From positions 56,009 through 120,008 of the forward strand of contig JBHGAY010000017.1 in assembly GCA_041946735.1 (NCBI GenBank): DNA of 64,000 nucleotides, read 5' to 3'. Source of the stretch: Candidatus Eiseniibacteriota bacterium (GTDB lineage: Bacteria > Eisenbacteria > RBG-16-71-46 > CAIMUX01 > VGJL01). The notes below the pieces were generated by a model that saw only the letters and a list, made by a program, of their open reading frames with translations, made no database searches and was not told where the DNA came from. Shown one piece after another: positions 11,401 to 19,607 of the stretch. Every line of letters starts with the position of its first letter. Position 1 is the stretch's first letter. Both the position numbers and the translations under genes were made by a program.

Positions 11401-11699
11401 TAGGGCTCCTGCACGCCGCCCATCCAACGGGCGGTGGCGCGGCGGCCGCGGCACTGCTCGATCCTCAGTCCGGGATGATCGGTATGGGCGACGAACGCGA
11501 CTGGCCTTGCCTTGCGACGCCGGCCGGCCCGCGGCCGATACCGAGCGAGCAGGTTGCCCCAGCGGTCGCTGGCATGCGCGATGCCGAACGAATCCAGCTC
11601 GGCGCGGATTCGCGCGAGCGGTTCGTGTTCCTGAAAGCTGACGGTGGGGGCGGAGGCGAGCAGGCGAGCGAGTCGGACGGCATCACGGCGTGACGGCAC
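8433..11699 (-). CDS. In-frame fusion of an M42/M20-like metallopeptidase and an M1 aminopeptidase with FlgD-like tail
   Basis: N-half has AHTDH, SADD, AEE and NYH motifs. C-half has GAMEHQ and HEIAHQWWG...WLNEGFA. GTG 11699 has a GGAGGT RBS. No stop between the halves. Confidence 0.75.
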   Translation of the reverse strand: MPSRRDAVRLARLLASAPTVSFQEHEPLARIRAELDSFGIAHASDRWGNLLARYRPRAGRRRKARPVAFVAHTDHPGLRIEQCRGRRATARWMGGVQEPYFRGAAVRVETAEGPVRGVVRRALRGPSGRIASLELLLEREVPAGAIGGWDLVPFETDGPWIRTKSADDLIGCAAILHLFRRLAEERPPVEVWGVFTRAEEEGLLGACILAEEGTLSKETAIVSLETSKELPCGRMGMGPIVRVGDRRSVFDPGISRALQETADALTKDANDAKGAKAAKAAKGFRYQRGLMDGGVCEATAFQAFGYAAGALALPLGNYHNMGAENRIAPEVVHRDDLWNLCRLLAPSAVKIAAASDGLAGLRESLRKKLPEAREELAATRAQDPPPLPRRTRSFRGSRTLTLPLALLAALALGSASPSFASPRFPSDATGDAARVEDPGRAKPAAGPSTRPRVAREGASDPTDEYDALRYDLSLRIDPEARSLSGAVRLRFLANTEMESVVLDFGPTLVADSAASGGAPCGLSRPDPERIEIALPSPVNPGAEGEVWLRYHGTPGDPYFANFEFFSSHGPEGNAFPTVASLSEPDRAHTFWPCKDRFDDKALVSVTVDLPDEFVVAGNGNRVRSEAGGEGRTLTSWETAYPIAPYLVSIAATDYAHWEEVFRAADGDSLPLLFYAFPEDSAKARVDFAATHEVLRLYETLFGPYPFRRAGRPGAATEKLGVAEFSWRSGAMEHQTCISYGYGFVTGDNRFDWTLAHEIAHQWWGDSVTPAALDDIWLNEGFAVYAEALLAESRGGDAGYRAWMHRRRLQVDIEYDGSVVEPDDPFGSTTYDKGAWVLHMLRGVLGRDAFFESLHEYYGQYAYGNASTPDFVRAVEETAGRDLRWFFDPWLYGTGRPILAWDWDASGDAGTKAVRLVVRQTQDPISYPHGAPDSSPPEIFAFPLEVRLFGAGDSLSRTIFVGRRSEVFSLASLPFSPDSIALDPDQWILREVLPRGTDLTLNRPSAYPNPSASAVDILFRALPGGPTRVEVFDVAGRRVREVETVTAAGPQIVRWDGEDSRGGAVASGVYFVRVSGPGGAREARVVIAR

Positions 11700-11973
11700 C
11701 AAAGGACCTCCCACGACCGGAGTCGGGTGAGCGACGCGCGAGAACCGGACGGTGGCGAGCCGCGCCGTTTGCGTCTCCGGCGACCGTTCGAGCCGCGCGC
11801 GTAGCGGTAACTCGGTGGCGAGTATACGTGACGAGCGCCGGAACGCGCCACGCACCGAACCGAGATTTGCATTGAGGGGCTTTTCGAGCCGATGCTAGGC
11901 TGAAGCGTTGGAACGGGGGGGCGATGTCGGGGGTTTCAGAACCATCATCTGAAACTCGAACCGAGAGGCAGCG

Positions 11974-12840
11974 ATGTCAATCAAGTCTCTGAGCGAGCGC
12001 GAGTATCGCGCATTGGTCTCCCTTCTCGCCGACGACGACGTGAAGGTGCTGCACACCGTGTGGGAGCATCTTCTGGAGATCGGCCCCCCGGCGCTTGCCT
12101 ACCTTCGCGAGGCGTCCGAGGACCCCGATCCCCGCACACGAATTCGCGCGCGCCACATCATGGCCCGCATCGTTCTCGAGGATCTCGAGGAGCGCTTCCG
12201 CGCTCTCGCCGAGAGGGACGACGAGTCGTTCAGCCTCGAGGACGGTGTGTTCACGATCTCCCGGATCGAGTACCCGGAGCTCGATCGCGACGAGTTCCGC
12301 GATCGCCTCGATGCCTTGGCCGCCCCGCTCCGCGAGGAGCTCCAGGGGCCGCTCCCGGCGCACGAGACGATTCGCCGGGTGAATCGGTACCTCTTCGAGG
12401 ATCTCAAGTTCTCCGGGAACAACACCGAGTACTACAACCCGGACAACAGCTACATCAATCGGGTGATCGACAAGCGGACCGGTATCCCGATCACCCTGTC
12501 CGCGCTCTACCTTCTCCTCGGCGATCGGCTCGGGCTTCCCGTCAAGGGAATCGGTCTCCCCGGCCACTTCCTCGTCAAGTACGAGGACGGCGAGACGGAG
12601 ATCTTCATCGACCCGTACAACGGGGGGAAGCTGCTGACGCGGAAGGATTGCGCGCAGTATCTCACCGGCGCCGGCTACTACTTCAAAGAGGAGTACATCG
12701 CCATCTCCTCGAGCCGGGACATCGTGATCCGGATGCTCCGCAATCTCGTCCTGATTTACTCCAAGCAGCAGGACAAGCAGCGCGTCCGCAGGCTGACCCA
12801 CTACGTCGAGATCCTGCAGACCCGTGAGAAAGCGCGGTAG
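11974..12840 (+). CDS. SirB1-like transglutaminase-core protein with N-terminal HEAT-like repeat
   Basis: YYNPDNSYINRVIDKRTGIPITLS, GIGLPGHFLV, FIDPYNGG and RMLRNL motifs. Confidence 0.85.
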   Translation: MSIKSLSEREYRALVSLLADDDVKVLHTVWEHLLEIGPPALAYLREASEDPDPRTRIRARHIMARIVLEDLEERFRALAERDDESFSLEDGVFTISRIEYPELDRDEFRDRLDALAAPLREELQGPLPAHETIRRVNRYLFEDLKFSGNNTEYYNPDNSYINRVIDKRTGIPITLSALYLLLGDRLGLPVKGIGLPGHFLVKYEDGETEIFIDPYNGGKLLTRKDCAQYLTGAGYYFKEEYIAISSSRDIVIRMLRNLVLIYSKQQDKQRVRRLTHYVEILQTREKAR

Positions 12841-12852
12841 CCCAGCGGGTAG

Positions 12853-14049
12853 CTAGGCTCCTCCAGGCTCGCTTCCGCCCTTCGATCCGCCGTGACGCGT
12901 CGTCTCCTCGACGGTCACGGCGATTCCACGCCGGCCGAGATGCGACAGCATCGCCTTCGCGTCGACCGCGCTCTCGGCCGCCAGAACCCCCTTCGCCTGG
13001 ATCGTGCGGCGGGCGAGCGCGAGCGCGACGGCGGCGGTCGGAAAAGCGGTCAGCTTCATCATCGCCGAGGCGCCGGGGAACGGGTCGCCGACCTCCAGGA
13101 CGTCGAACCGCCGCGACAGGAAATGGTCGCCGTGCCTCCCGCGCGCCGTCACGCGCAGCACGACGACGTCCCGCACCTCCGGACGGTCGAGCATCGTCTG
13201 TAGGAGGCTCGCCGCGATCTCGCGCGGCGGGAGTGTGACGCGCCCGAAGCGGGCGGGCCGCGTGTCGAGCATCCCGAGGCTCTTCAGGAACCGGATCTTC
13301 GGCCAGTGACCGGGATAGCGGACGGTCTTGTAGTCCAGGCGGCGCACGCGCCCCTCGAGCGTCCACGGGAGGGTCGACGTGCCTCCCGAAGTGTGCATCG
13401 CGCGGCAGAGGCCGACCGGCTCGGGGAAGCGGATCCACTCCCCCTCGGTCAGCGTCGGAATCCGCGCGATCCGGCCTTCGCGCAGGCAAACGGACTCTCC
13501 CGAGTACTCGTTCAGCAGGCCGTGGATCGAGAAGAAGAGGGCGTAGCCGAGCGGTCCCTCCGGCTCGAGCGGAAGCCCGCCACATCGGATGCGCACTTCC
13601 TCGACCGGATCCATCCCCTCGATCGCATGGGCGGCGAGGATGTTGCCGAGGCCGGGAGCGAGGCCGAGGTCGGGGACGACGGCGATGCCGGCCTCCTTCG
13701 CCTTCTCGTCGAGCGAGCGCTGCTGGAAGACGACCTCGGTGTTCCCGCCCATATCGGTCATCGAACAACGGGCGCGGATCGCGGCCTTCGTGACGCCGAG
13801 GTTCAGGAAGTACGGGACGGCGCTTGCGACCACGTCGATCCCGGACAATCGCGCGGCGAGCGCGCTCTCGTCCGCCGCGTCGACCGTCTCGATCCGCACG
13901 CGCGCGTCGGAGCCGAACCTCTCACGCGCTCGCTCGAGCGCCGGCCCATCGGCGTCGAGCAGCAGGAGCCCTTCGACGTCCGGCTCGCGCAACAGGTCGA
14001 GAGCGCACGCCCACCCTTGCTTGCCGAGGCCCAGCACCGCGATCTTCAT
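12853..14049 (-). CDS. Saccharopine dehydrogenase / lysine 6-dehydrogenase family protein
   Basis: Rossmann GLGKQG, DLGLAPGL, CGGLP, YKTVRYPGH and AMMKLTA motifs. Confidence 0.85.
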   Translation of the reverse strand: MKIAVLGLGKQGWACALDLLREPDVEGLLLLDADGPALERARERFGSDARVRIETVDAADESALAARLSGIDVVASAVPYFLNLGVTKAAIRARCSMTDMGGNTEVVFQQRSLDEKAKEAGIAVVPDLGLAPGLGNILAAHAIEGMDPVEEVRIRCGGLPLEPEGPLGYALFFSIHGLLNEYSGESVCLREGRIARIPTLTEGEWIRFPEPVGLCRAMHTSGGTSTLPWTLEGRVRRLDYKTVRYPGHWPKIRFLKSLGMLDTRPARFGRVTLPPREIAASLLQTMLDRPEVRDVVVLRVTARGRHGDHFLSRRFDVLEVGDPFPGASAMMKLTAFPTAAVALALARRTIQAKGVLAAESAVDAKAMLSHLGRRGIAVTVEETTRHGGSKGGSEPGGA

Positions 14050-14226
14050 CTTCCCCTCCTCCTCTTCTGCGATCGGCCGTTGTGGCGGCGGGCGTGGAGT
14101 CCCGCGGCCGGCGCGCGTACGGGACGAGAGGGGAGGATAGCGGGAGTGAAGGGAGCGCGCCAGCCGGCCGGCTCACGCCGGTGCGCGTGCGCGCCGTAGC
14201 CGGCCGTCCACGCAGCCCGCTGGGGG

Positions 14227-16083
14227 TCACGAGGCGCGCGAGCCGGCCCAGTCGAACCACTCGGACAGGACGAGGATCGACCAGAGGGCGCGGGCATGGT
14301 CCGCCCTGCGCGCGCGGTGCTCGGCGAGCAGAGCGAGCGCCGCCTCGGGGGAAATCCCTGCCTCACGCAGCCGCGGATCGCCAAGCCGGGACGCCGCCCA
14401 GTCGTGGAGCGGCGCCCGAAGCCAGGCGGCGAGCGGGACCGAGAGCCCACGCTTGCGCCGGTGGATGGTGCCGCGATCGAGGTAGCGCGCCGCGTAGCGC
14501 CGCAGCAGCCTCTTCGTCTGGAACCCCTGGACGCGATCGGACGCCGGAAGCGTCGCGGCAAGCTCGAGCATGCCGAGGTCCAGGAACGGGGCGCGCAGCT
14601 CGATCGCCGAGTTCATGCTCGCGCGATCCGCCTTCGTGAGCAGACCCTCGGCGAGCGAGGTCTCGAGGTCGATCTGCTGCACGACGTCGAGCAGTTCCCC
14701 CTCCCGGGGGATCGCCTCCGGCGCCGCGAGCGCGGGGTCGAGACCGAGGCGCGCGAGGAGCGGCGGCGGGACGTTCGAGGTCCAGAGCAGGTGGCGCTCC
14801 ACTCCCTCCATTTCCGCTCCCGCTGCGAAGCGCTTCAGGAGGAACGACAGGGTGACCTTCTTGTCGCTCGGCGGGAGGCGTCCGATGAGGGTCCGGCCGA
14901 TCCTCTTCGTCCAGCCGGGAGCCGACGCGAACCGCTCCGCGAGCAGCGCGCCGATGTAGGTCGGGTAGCCGCCGAACAGCTCGTCCCCTCCTTCGCCGAC
15001 CAGCGCGAGCTTCACGTCTTCCGATGCGCGGCGAGCGAGCAGCGCGGTCGGCACCCAAGCAGGATCGGCGAGCGGCTCCCCCGAGCGCCGGACCAGCTCG
15101 GTGATCCCTGCCGGGAAGTCCCGAGCCTCGATCCATACTTCCGCCGAAGGGAGGCCGAGGCGGCGCGCCACCTTCCCCGCGAAGATCCCTTCGTCGTAGG
15201 AGGCCTCCGAGAAGCGCAGGGTGTAGGCGCGCAGCGTTTGCTCGGGATAGACGCTGCGGGCGACGGCGGCGACCAGGGAGGAGTCGATGCCGCCGCTGAG
15301 GAACACCCCGCTGTCCACCTCGGCGTCGCGCTGCCGGCGGATCGCTTCGCGGAAGACCGAGTCGAGCGTATCGATCGTGGCGGCCCTCTTGGGCGCGGAA
15401 GCGATGCGCCAGCGCCAGTACCGGCGCCGGCGCTCTCCCTTCTCGTCGAAGACGAGGATCTCCGCGGGCGAGACCTTGCGGATCTCGCGGAACGGGGTGC
15501 GAGGCGCGGTGAAGCTTCCGAACCGGAGGTAGGAGGCGAGGGCGCGGGGATCGGGGGAGAGCGACAGCCGCTTCTCGGCCGCCAGCGCCGCGATCTCGGT
15601 CGCGAAGCGGATCAACCGTCCCTCGCAGTGATAGAAGAGAGGACGTTCGCCGGTGCGGTCGCGCGCGAGCAGAAGCCGTCCGCGGCGGGGATCCCAGAGG
15701 GCGAGCGCGAAGGCGCCGACGAGCCGTTCCACGAAGCGTTCGCCCTCCTCGAGGTACAGACCGGGGAGGACGGCGACGTCGGTCTGCTGCTCGACGGGGC
15801 GGCCACGCGCGGCGAGCCAGGAGCGGATCTCCCGATGATTGTCGATCTCGCCGTTGCAGACGCAGAGGATCCCGCTGGCCGGGTCGGCGATCGGCTGCCG
15901 TCCGCTGCCGAGGCCGCGGATCGCGAGGCGGGTTGCGCCGAGCACGCCGGCCTCCGCCTCCTCGATGCCGGTGTCGTCCGGCCCGCGGTGCGCGAGCGCA
16001 TCCACCATCGCGGCCGCCGCCAGGCGGCGTGTCGCCGCATCCATGCGCGCGGCGGGATCGATGATGCCGCAGACTCCGCACAT
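14227..16083 (-). CDS. asnB: Asparagine synthase-family glutamine amidotransferase
   Basis: N-terminal MCGVCG, HRGPD, NGEI, LSGGIDSS, GEGGDELFGGY and ELRAPFLD motifs. Confidence 0.9.
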   Translation of the reverse strand: MCGVCGIIDPAARMDAATRRLAAAAMVDALAHRGPDDTGIEEAEAGVLGATRLAIRGLGSGRQPIADPASGILCVCNGEIDNHREIRSWLAARGRPVEQQTDVAVLPGLYLEEGERFVERLVGAFALALWDPRRGRLLLARDRTGERPLFYHCEGRLIRFATEIAALAAEKRLSLSPDPRALASYLRFGSFTAPRTPFREIRKVSPAEILVFDEKGERRRRYWRWRIASAPKRAATIDTLDSVFREAIRRQRDAEVDSGVFLSGGIDSSLVAAVARSVYPEQTLRAYTLRFSEASYDEGIFAGKVARRLGLPSAEVWIEARDFPAGITELVRRSGEPLADPAWVPTALLARRASEDVKLALVGEGGDELFGGYPTYIGALLAERFASAPGWTKRIGRTLIGRLPPSDKKVTLSFLLKRFAAGAEMEGVERHLLWTSNVPPPLLARLGLDPALAAPEAIPREGELLDVVQQIDLETSLAEGLLTKADRASMNSAIELRAPFLDLGMLELAATLPASDRVQGFQTKRLLRRYAARYLDRGTIHRRKRGLSVPLAAWLRAPLHDWAASRLGDPRLREAGISPEAALALLAEHRARRADHARALWSILVLSEWFDWAGSRAS

Positions 16084-16090
16084 GCCGCGC

Positions 16091-17806
16091 CTACCTCCCG
16101 CCCCCGGCTCGCGCGCCCCACCATCCCGGCAGGAGGAGGTCGAGCGTGTCGCCTCGTTGCCGCGCGATCGCGGAAAGCCTCTCGCGCCCCCTCTTGCCGC
16201 AAACGAGATAGACCGGATCCTCCCTCCCGGCGAGCCAGGTGTCCAGCCGATCGATGCGGACCGCTCCCGCCGGCCATTCGTCTCGCCGGGCGAGGAAGTA
16301 GGGGATGTAGTGGCTGGTCGACTCGCGCCCGTCCTCGCTGACGAGGACGACCGGGCGGCCGAGGTAGAAGGGGAGTCCCGGTGGGCAAGCTTCGATGACG
16401 GCGACGGTGGCGCCGCCGGCCCGCGGAGCGACCTGCTCCGCGAGGGCCTGCGAGGATCCTCGAGAGGCGTAACGTGCGAGCGTCGGGAACGCCAGCGTCA
16501 GCAGGAGGAGCGGCGGCAGCAGGAAGGTCGCGAGCGCGAGTCGGGGACGGCGCAGGACGGCGGCGGTGGCGGCGCCGGTCGCGAGCAGGGCGAAGAGGAT
16601 CGCGAGCGGCGCGAAGGAGCCGCGCAGCCGCGCGAACTCCGCGCTGCGGAGATGGAAGAGGCGCTCGAGAAGGGCCGGCGAGAGAACCTCGGCGAGCAGC
16701 AGGACTGCGAGGATGCCGCTCGCCACGGCGAGCGCGATCGAAGCGCGACGGAGAGGTCCGCCGCTGCCGCCCCCGCCACCGCCACCGGGGCGGAGCGCCG
16801 GATCGATCAGCCGGGCCGTGAGCGGCCCGAGCGCGACGACCGCCGTCAGGACGTAGCCGGGGAGCTTCGAGCGCGAGGTCGAGAAGAACAGGACGACCGC
16901 GGTCCCCCAAGCGACGAAGAGGAGGTCGGCAGGCGCGAGCCGGCGGCGTCGCGCCCGCCAGGCCCGCATGATCCCTTCCGGAAGCAGGAGGCTCCAGGGG
17001 AAGAAAACGCCGAAGAGGACCGGCACGTAGTAGTAGAAAGGCCCGCCTCGGTGAAAGCGGGCCGTGTCGGTGTAGCGGCGGAACGTCTCCTCGAGCAGCC
17101 CGTAGGCCGCGAAGTCCGGGTGGCGCGACACGAGCGACGCGAACCACGGGAGGGTGAGGGCGAGAAAGAGGGCGAGCGCCGGCAGATGGAAGATCCGGCG
17201 GAGCGCCCCACGTCGCCGCAGGACCGCGCGCCAGGCGAGCAGCACGAGAAGCGGCACGAGGAATCCCACGGGACCCTTCACGAGCGTGGCGAACGCGGCG
17301 CCCGCCGCGGACAGCAGGCTCCAGCGCATTCGATGGAGCCTGTCCTCCTCGGCCAGAAATCCGGCCAGGATCGAGCCGGTCGTGAAGAACGCGAGCGGCA
17401 TGTCGAGGATCGTCATGCGGGCGAAGATGAAGAAGAGCGGCGCCGTCGCGACCACGGCGACCGAGACGGTGGCGATCCGCGAACCGTAGGTTCGCCGGCA
17501 GAAAGCGTGCAGCATCGCGAGCGTCCCGAGCGCGAAGAGGACCGACGGGAGCCGGGCGGCGAAGGCGTTCGCGCCGAGAGCGGCGAAGCTCAAGGCGACC
17601 GTATCGAAATAGAGCGCCGGCTTGTCGAGATACGGCAGTCCCAGGTAGGACGGAACGAGCCACGACCCGGTCGCGAGCATCTCGCGCGCGACCTCCGCGT
17701 TTCTCCCTTCGTCGGGGTCGATCAGCGGCAGCTCCTGAAGACGCGCGAGGAAGAGGATCGCGGCAAGCGGCAGGACGATCCAGGGGAGGACTCGGTTCGC
17801 GGTCAC
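16091..17806 (-). CDS. ArnT-like GT39/GT83 membrane glycosyltransferase
   Basis: DPDEGRNAEVAREM, YLDKPAL, ARLPS, KGPVG and KLPGYVL motifs; many hydrophobic segments. Start position inferred. Confidence 0.85.
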   Translation of the reverse strand: MTANRVLPWIVLPLAAILFLARLQELPLIDPDEGRNAEVAREMLATGSWLVPSYLGLPYLDKPALYFDTVALSFAALGANAFAARLPSVLFALGTLAMLHAFCRRTYGSRIATVSVAVVATAPLFFIFARMTILDMPLAFFTTGSILAGFLAEEDRLHRMRWSLLSAAGAAFATLVKGPVGFLVPLLVLLAWRAVLRRRGALRRIFHLPALALFLALTLPWFASLVSRHPDFAAYGLLEETFRRYTDTARFHRGGPFYYYVPVLFGVFFPWSLLLPEGIMRAWRARRRRLAPADLLFVAWGTAVVLFFSTSRSKLPGYVLTAVVALGPLTARLIDPALRPGGGGGGGSGGPLRRASIALAVASGILAVLLLAEVLSPALLERLFHLRSAEFARLRGSFAPLAILFALLATGAATAAVLRRPRLALATFLLPPLLLLTLAFPTLARYASRGSSQALAEQVAPRAGGATVAVIEACPPGLPFYLGRPVVLVSEDGRESTSHYIPYFLARRDEWPAGAVRIDRLDTWLAGREDPVYLVCGKRGRERLSAIARQRGDTLDLLLPGWWGARAGGGR

Positions 17807-18152
17807 GGGAGAGGATCGTAACACGTCATCGCCTCGCCGGCGCGCTCCAGCCGATCGTCGACCCCGCGCCGCCGCGGCGCTTCGGGGCTGCGGAGCGTTT
17901 TGCGAGGCTGCGAGGGCGCTGCGCCGGGCGGCCGGGGGGTGCGCCGGCCACCGGCGTCGCTCTTGCCGGCTGGCGGGCGCGCGTTGACCGGCGCCGCCGT
18001 GCGGCGTAGCCTGCTGCACGAGCTTCGGCCTCGCGAGCGCCCGCGAGGCCGAGCCGTTTGACGTCGCAGCGCGCAGCGCACTTCCCGCCGCGGCCGCGCG
18101 CGGGACGCCAGGGAGAGGGAGGAAGGGAGCGAGGAAGGGAGCAAGGTAGCCC

Positions 18153-19523
18153 ATGAAGACGATCATCGAGCCGTTCAAGATCAAGATGGTGGAGCCGATC
18201 CGGATGACGACCCGCGCGGAGCGCGAAGGGTATCTCCGCGAGGCAGGCTACAACCTCTTCCGCATCCCCGCCGAGGACGTCCTGATCGATCTTCTGACCG
18301 ACAGTGGGACCTCGAGCATGAGTTCCGAGCAGTGGGCGGGAATGATGCGCGGCGACGAGTCGTACGCCGGAAGCCGCTCCTTCTTCACCTTCGAGAAGGA
18401 GGTGAAGCGGATCACCGGGATGAAGCACGTCATCCCGACCCATCAGGGCCGCGCTTCCGAGAAGATCCTCTTCACCGTGCTCCACCGTCCCGGCGCCGTC
18501 TATCTCGGCAATACGCACTTCGACACGACCCGCGCGAACATCGAGTTCGGCGGCGACGAGGCGATCGATCTTCCGATTCCCGAGGGCACGGTTCCCTCGA
18601 AGATCCATCCGTTCAAGGGCAACGTCGATCTCGAACGGCTCGAGAAGGCCCTCGTCGATCGCAAGGGCAACGTCCGCGCGGTGATCCTGACCGTGACGAA
18701 CAACTCGGGAGGGGGACAGCCGGTCAGCCTCGCGAACATCCGCGCCGCCTCCGCTCTCGCTCGCAAGCATGGGGTGCTGTTCCTCCTCGACGCCTGCCGT
18801 TTCGCAGAGAACGCCTACCTGATCAAGCGGCGCGAGCCCGGGCAGGAGAACCGCACGGTCCTCGAAATCGCTCAGGAAATGTTCTCGTACGCGGATGGCT
18901 GCACGATGTCGGCGAAGAAGGATGCATTCGCGAACATCGGCGGCTTCCTCGCGCTACAGGACGATCAGCTCGCGATGGAGGCGCGCAACCTCCTGATCCT
19001 CACCGAAGGGTTCCCCACGTACGGCGGCCTCGCCGGGCGCGACCTCGAGGCGGTCGCGCAAGGGCTCCGGGAAGTGCTCGACGAGGCGTACCTGCTCTAC
19101 CGCGTCCGTTCGGTCGAGTATCTGAGCGAGAAGCTTCAGCGGGAAGGTGTGCCGATGATCCTGCCGCCCGGCGGGCACGCCGTCTATCTCGATGCCGGCG
19201 CCTTCCTCCCGACGATCCCTCCCGAGCAGTTCCCGGGACAGGTGCTCGCCAACGAGCTCTATCTCGAGGGAGGCGTGCGAGGCGTCGAGATCGGGAGCCT
19301 GATGTTCGGCAAGACCGACCCCGAGACGGGGAAGCACGTCGCTCCGGCGATGGAGCTGGTCCGGCTCGCCATCCCGCGCCGGGTCTACACCCAGAGCCAC
19401 GTCGACTACGTGGCGGAGGTGGTGATCGCCGTCTTCCAGAAGCGCGCCTCGCTTCGCGGGATGCGCATCACATGGGAGGCGCCGTTCCTCAGGCACTTCA
19501 CCGCGCGGATGGAGCCGATCTAG
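18153..19523 (+). CDS. tnaA: Tryptophanase (beta-eliminating lyase)
   Basis: IDLLTDSGT, HQGR, MSAKKD (PLP lysine) and EGFPTYGG motifs. C-terminal LRHFTAR has His, as in tryptophanase, rather than Phe, as in tyrosine phenol-lyase. Confidence 0.85.
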   Translation: MKTIIEPFKIKMVEPIRMTTRAEREGYLREAGYNLFRIPAEDVLIDLLTDSGTSSMSSEQWAGMMRGDESYAGSRSFFTFEKEVKRITGMKHVIPTHQGRASEKILFTVLHRPGAVYLGNTHFDTTRANIEFGGDEAIDLPIPEGTVPSKIHPFKGNVDLERLEKALVDRKGNVRAVILTVTNNSGGGQPVSLANIRAASALARKHGVLFLLDACRFAENAYLIKRREPGQENRTVLEIAQEMFSYADGCTMSAKKDAFANIGGFLALQDDQLAMEARNLLILTEGFPTYGGLAGRDLEAVAQGLREVLDEAYLLYRVRSVEYLSEKLQREGVPMILPPGGHAVYLDAGAFLPTIPPEQFPGQVLANELYLEGGVRGVEIGSLMFGKTDPETGKHVAPAMELVRLAIPRRVYTQSHVDYVAEVVIAVFQKRASLRGMRITWEAPFLRHFTARMEPI

Positions 19524-19607
19524 CTTCAGGACGCGATCCGCAAGAGGAAGGAAGGCGCGGCGGACGCCTGGCCGAGTGGCGCCTGTCAGCGAGCCGAGGG
19601 GCGCCTG

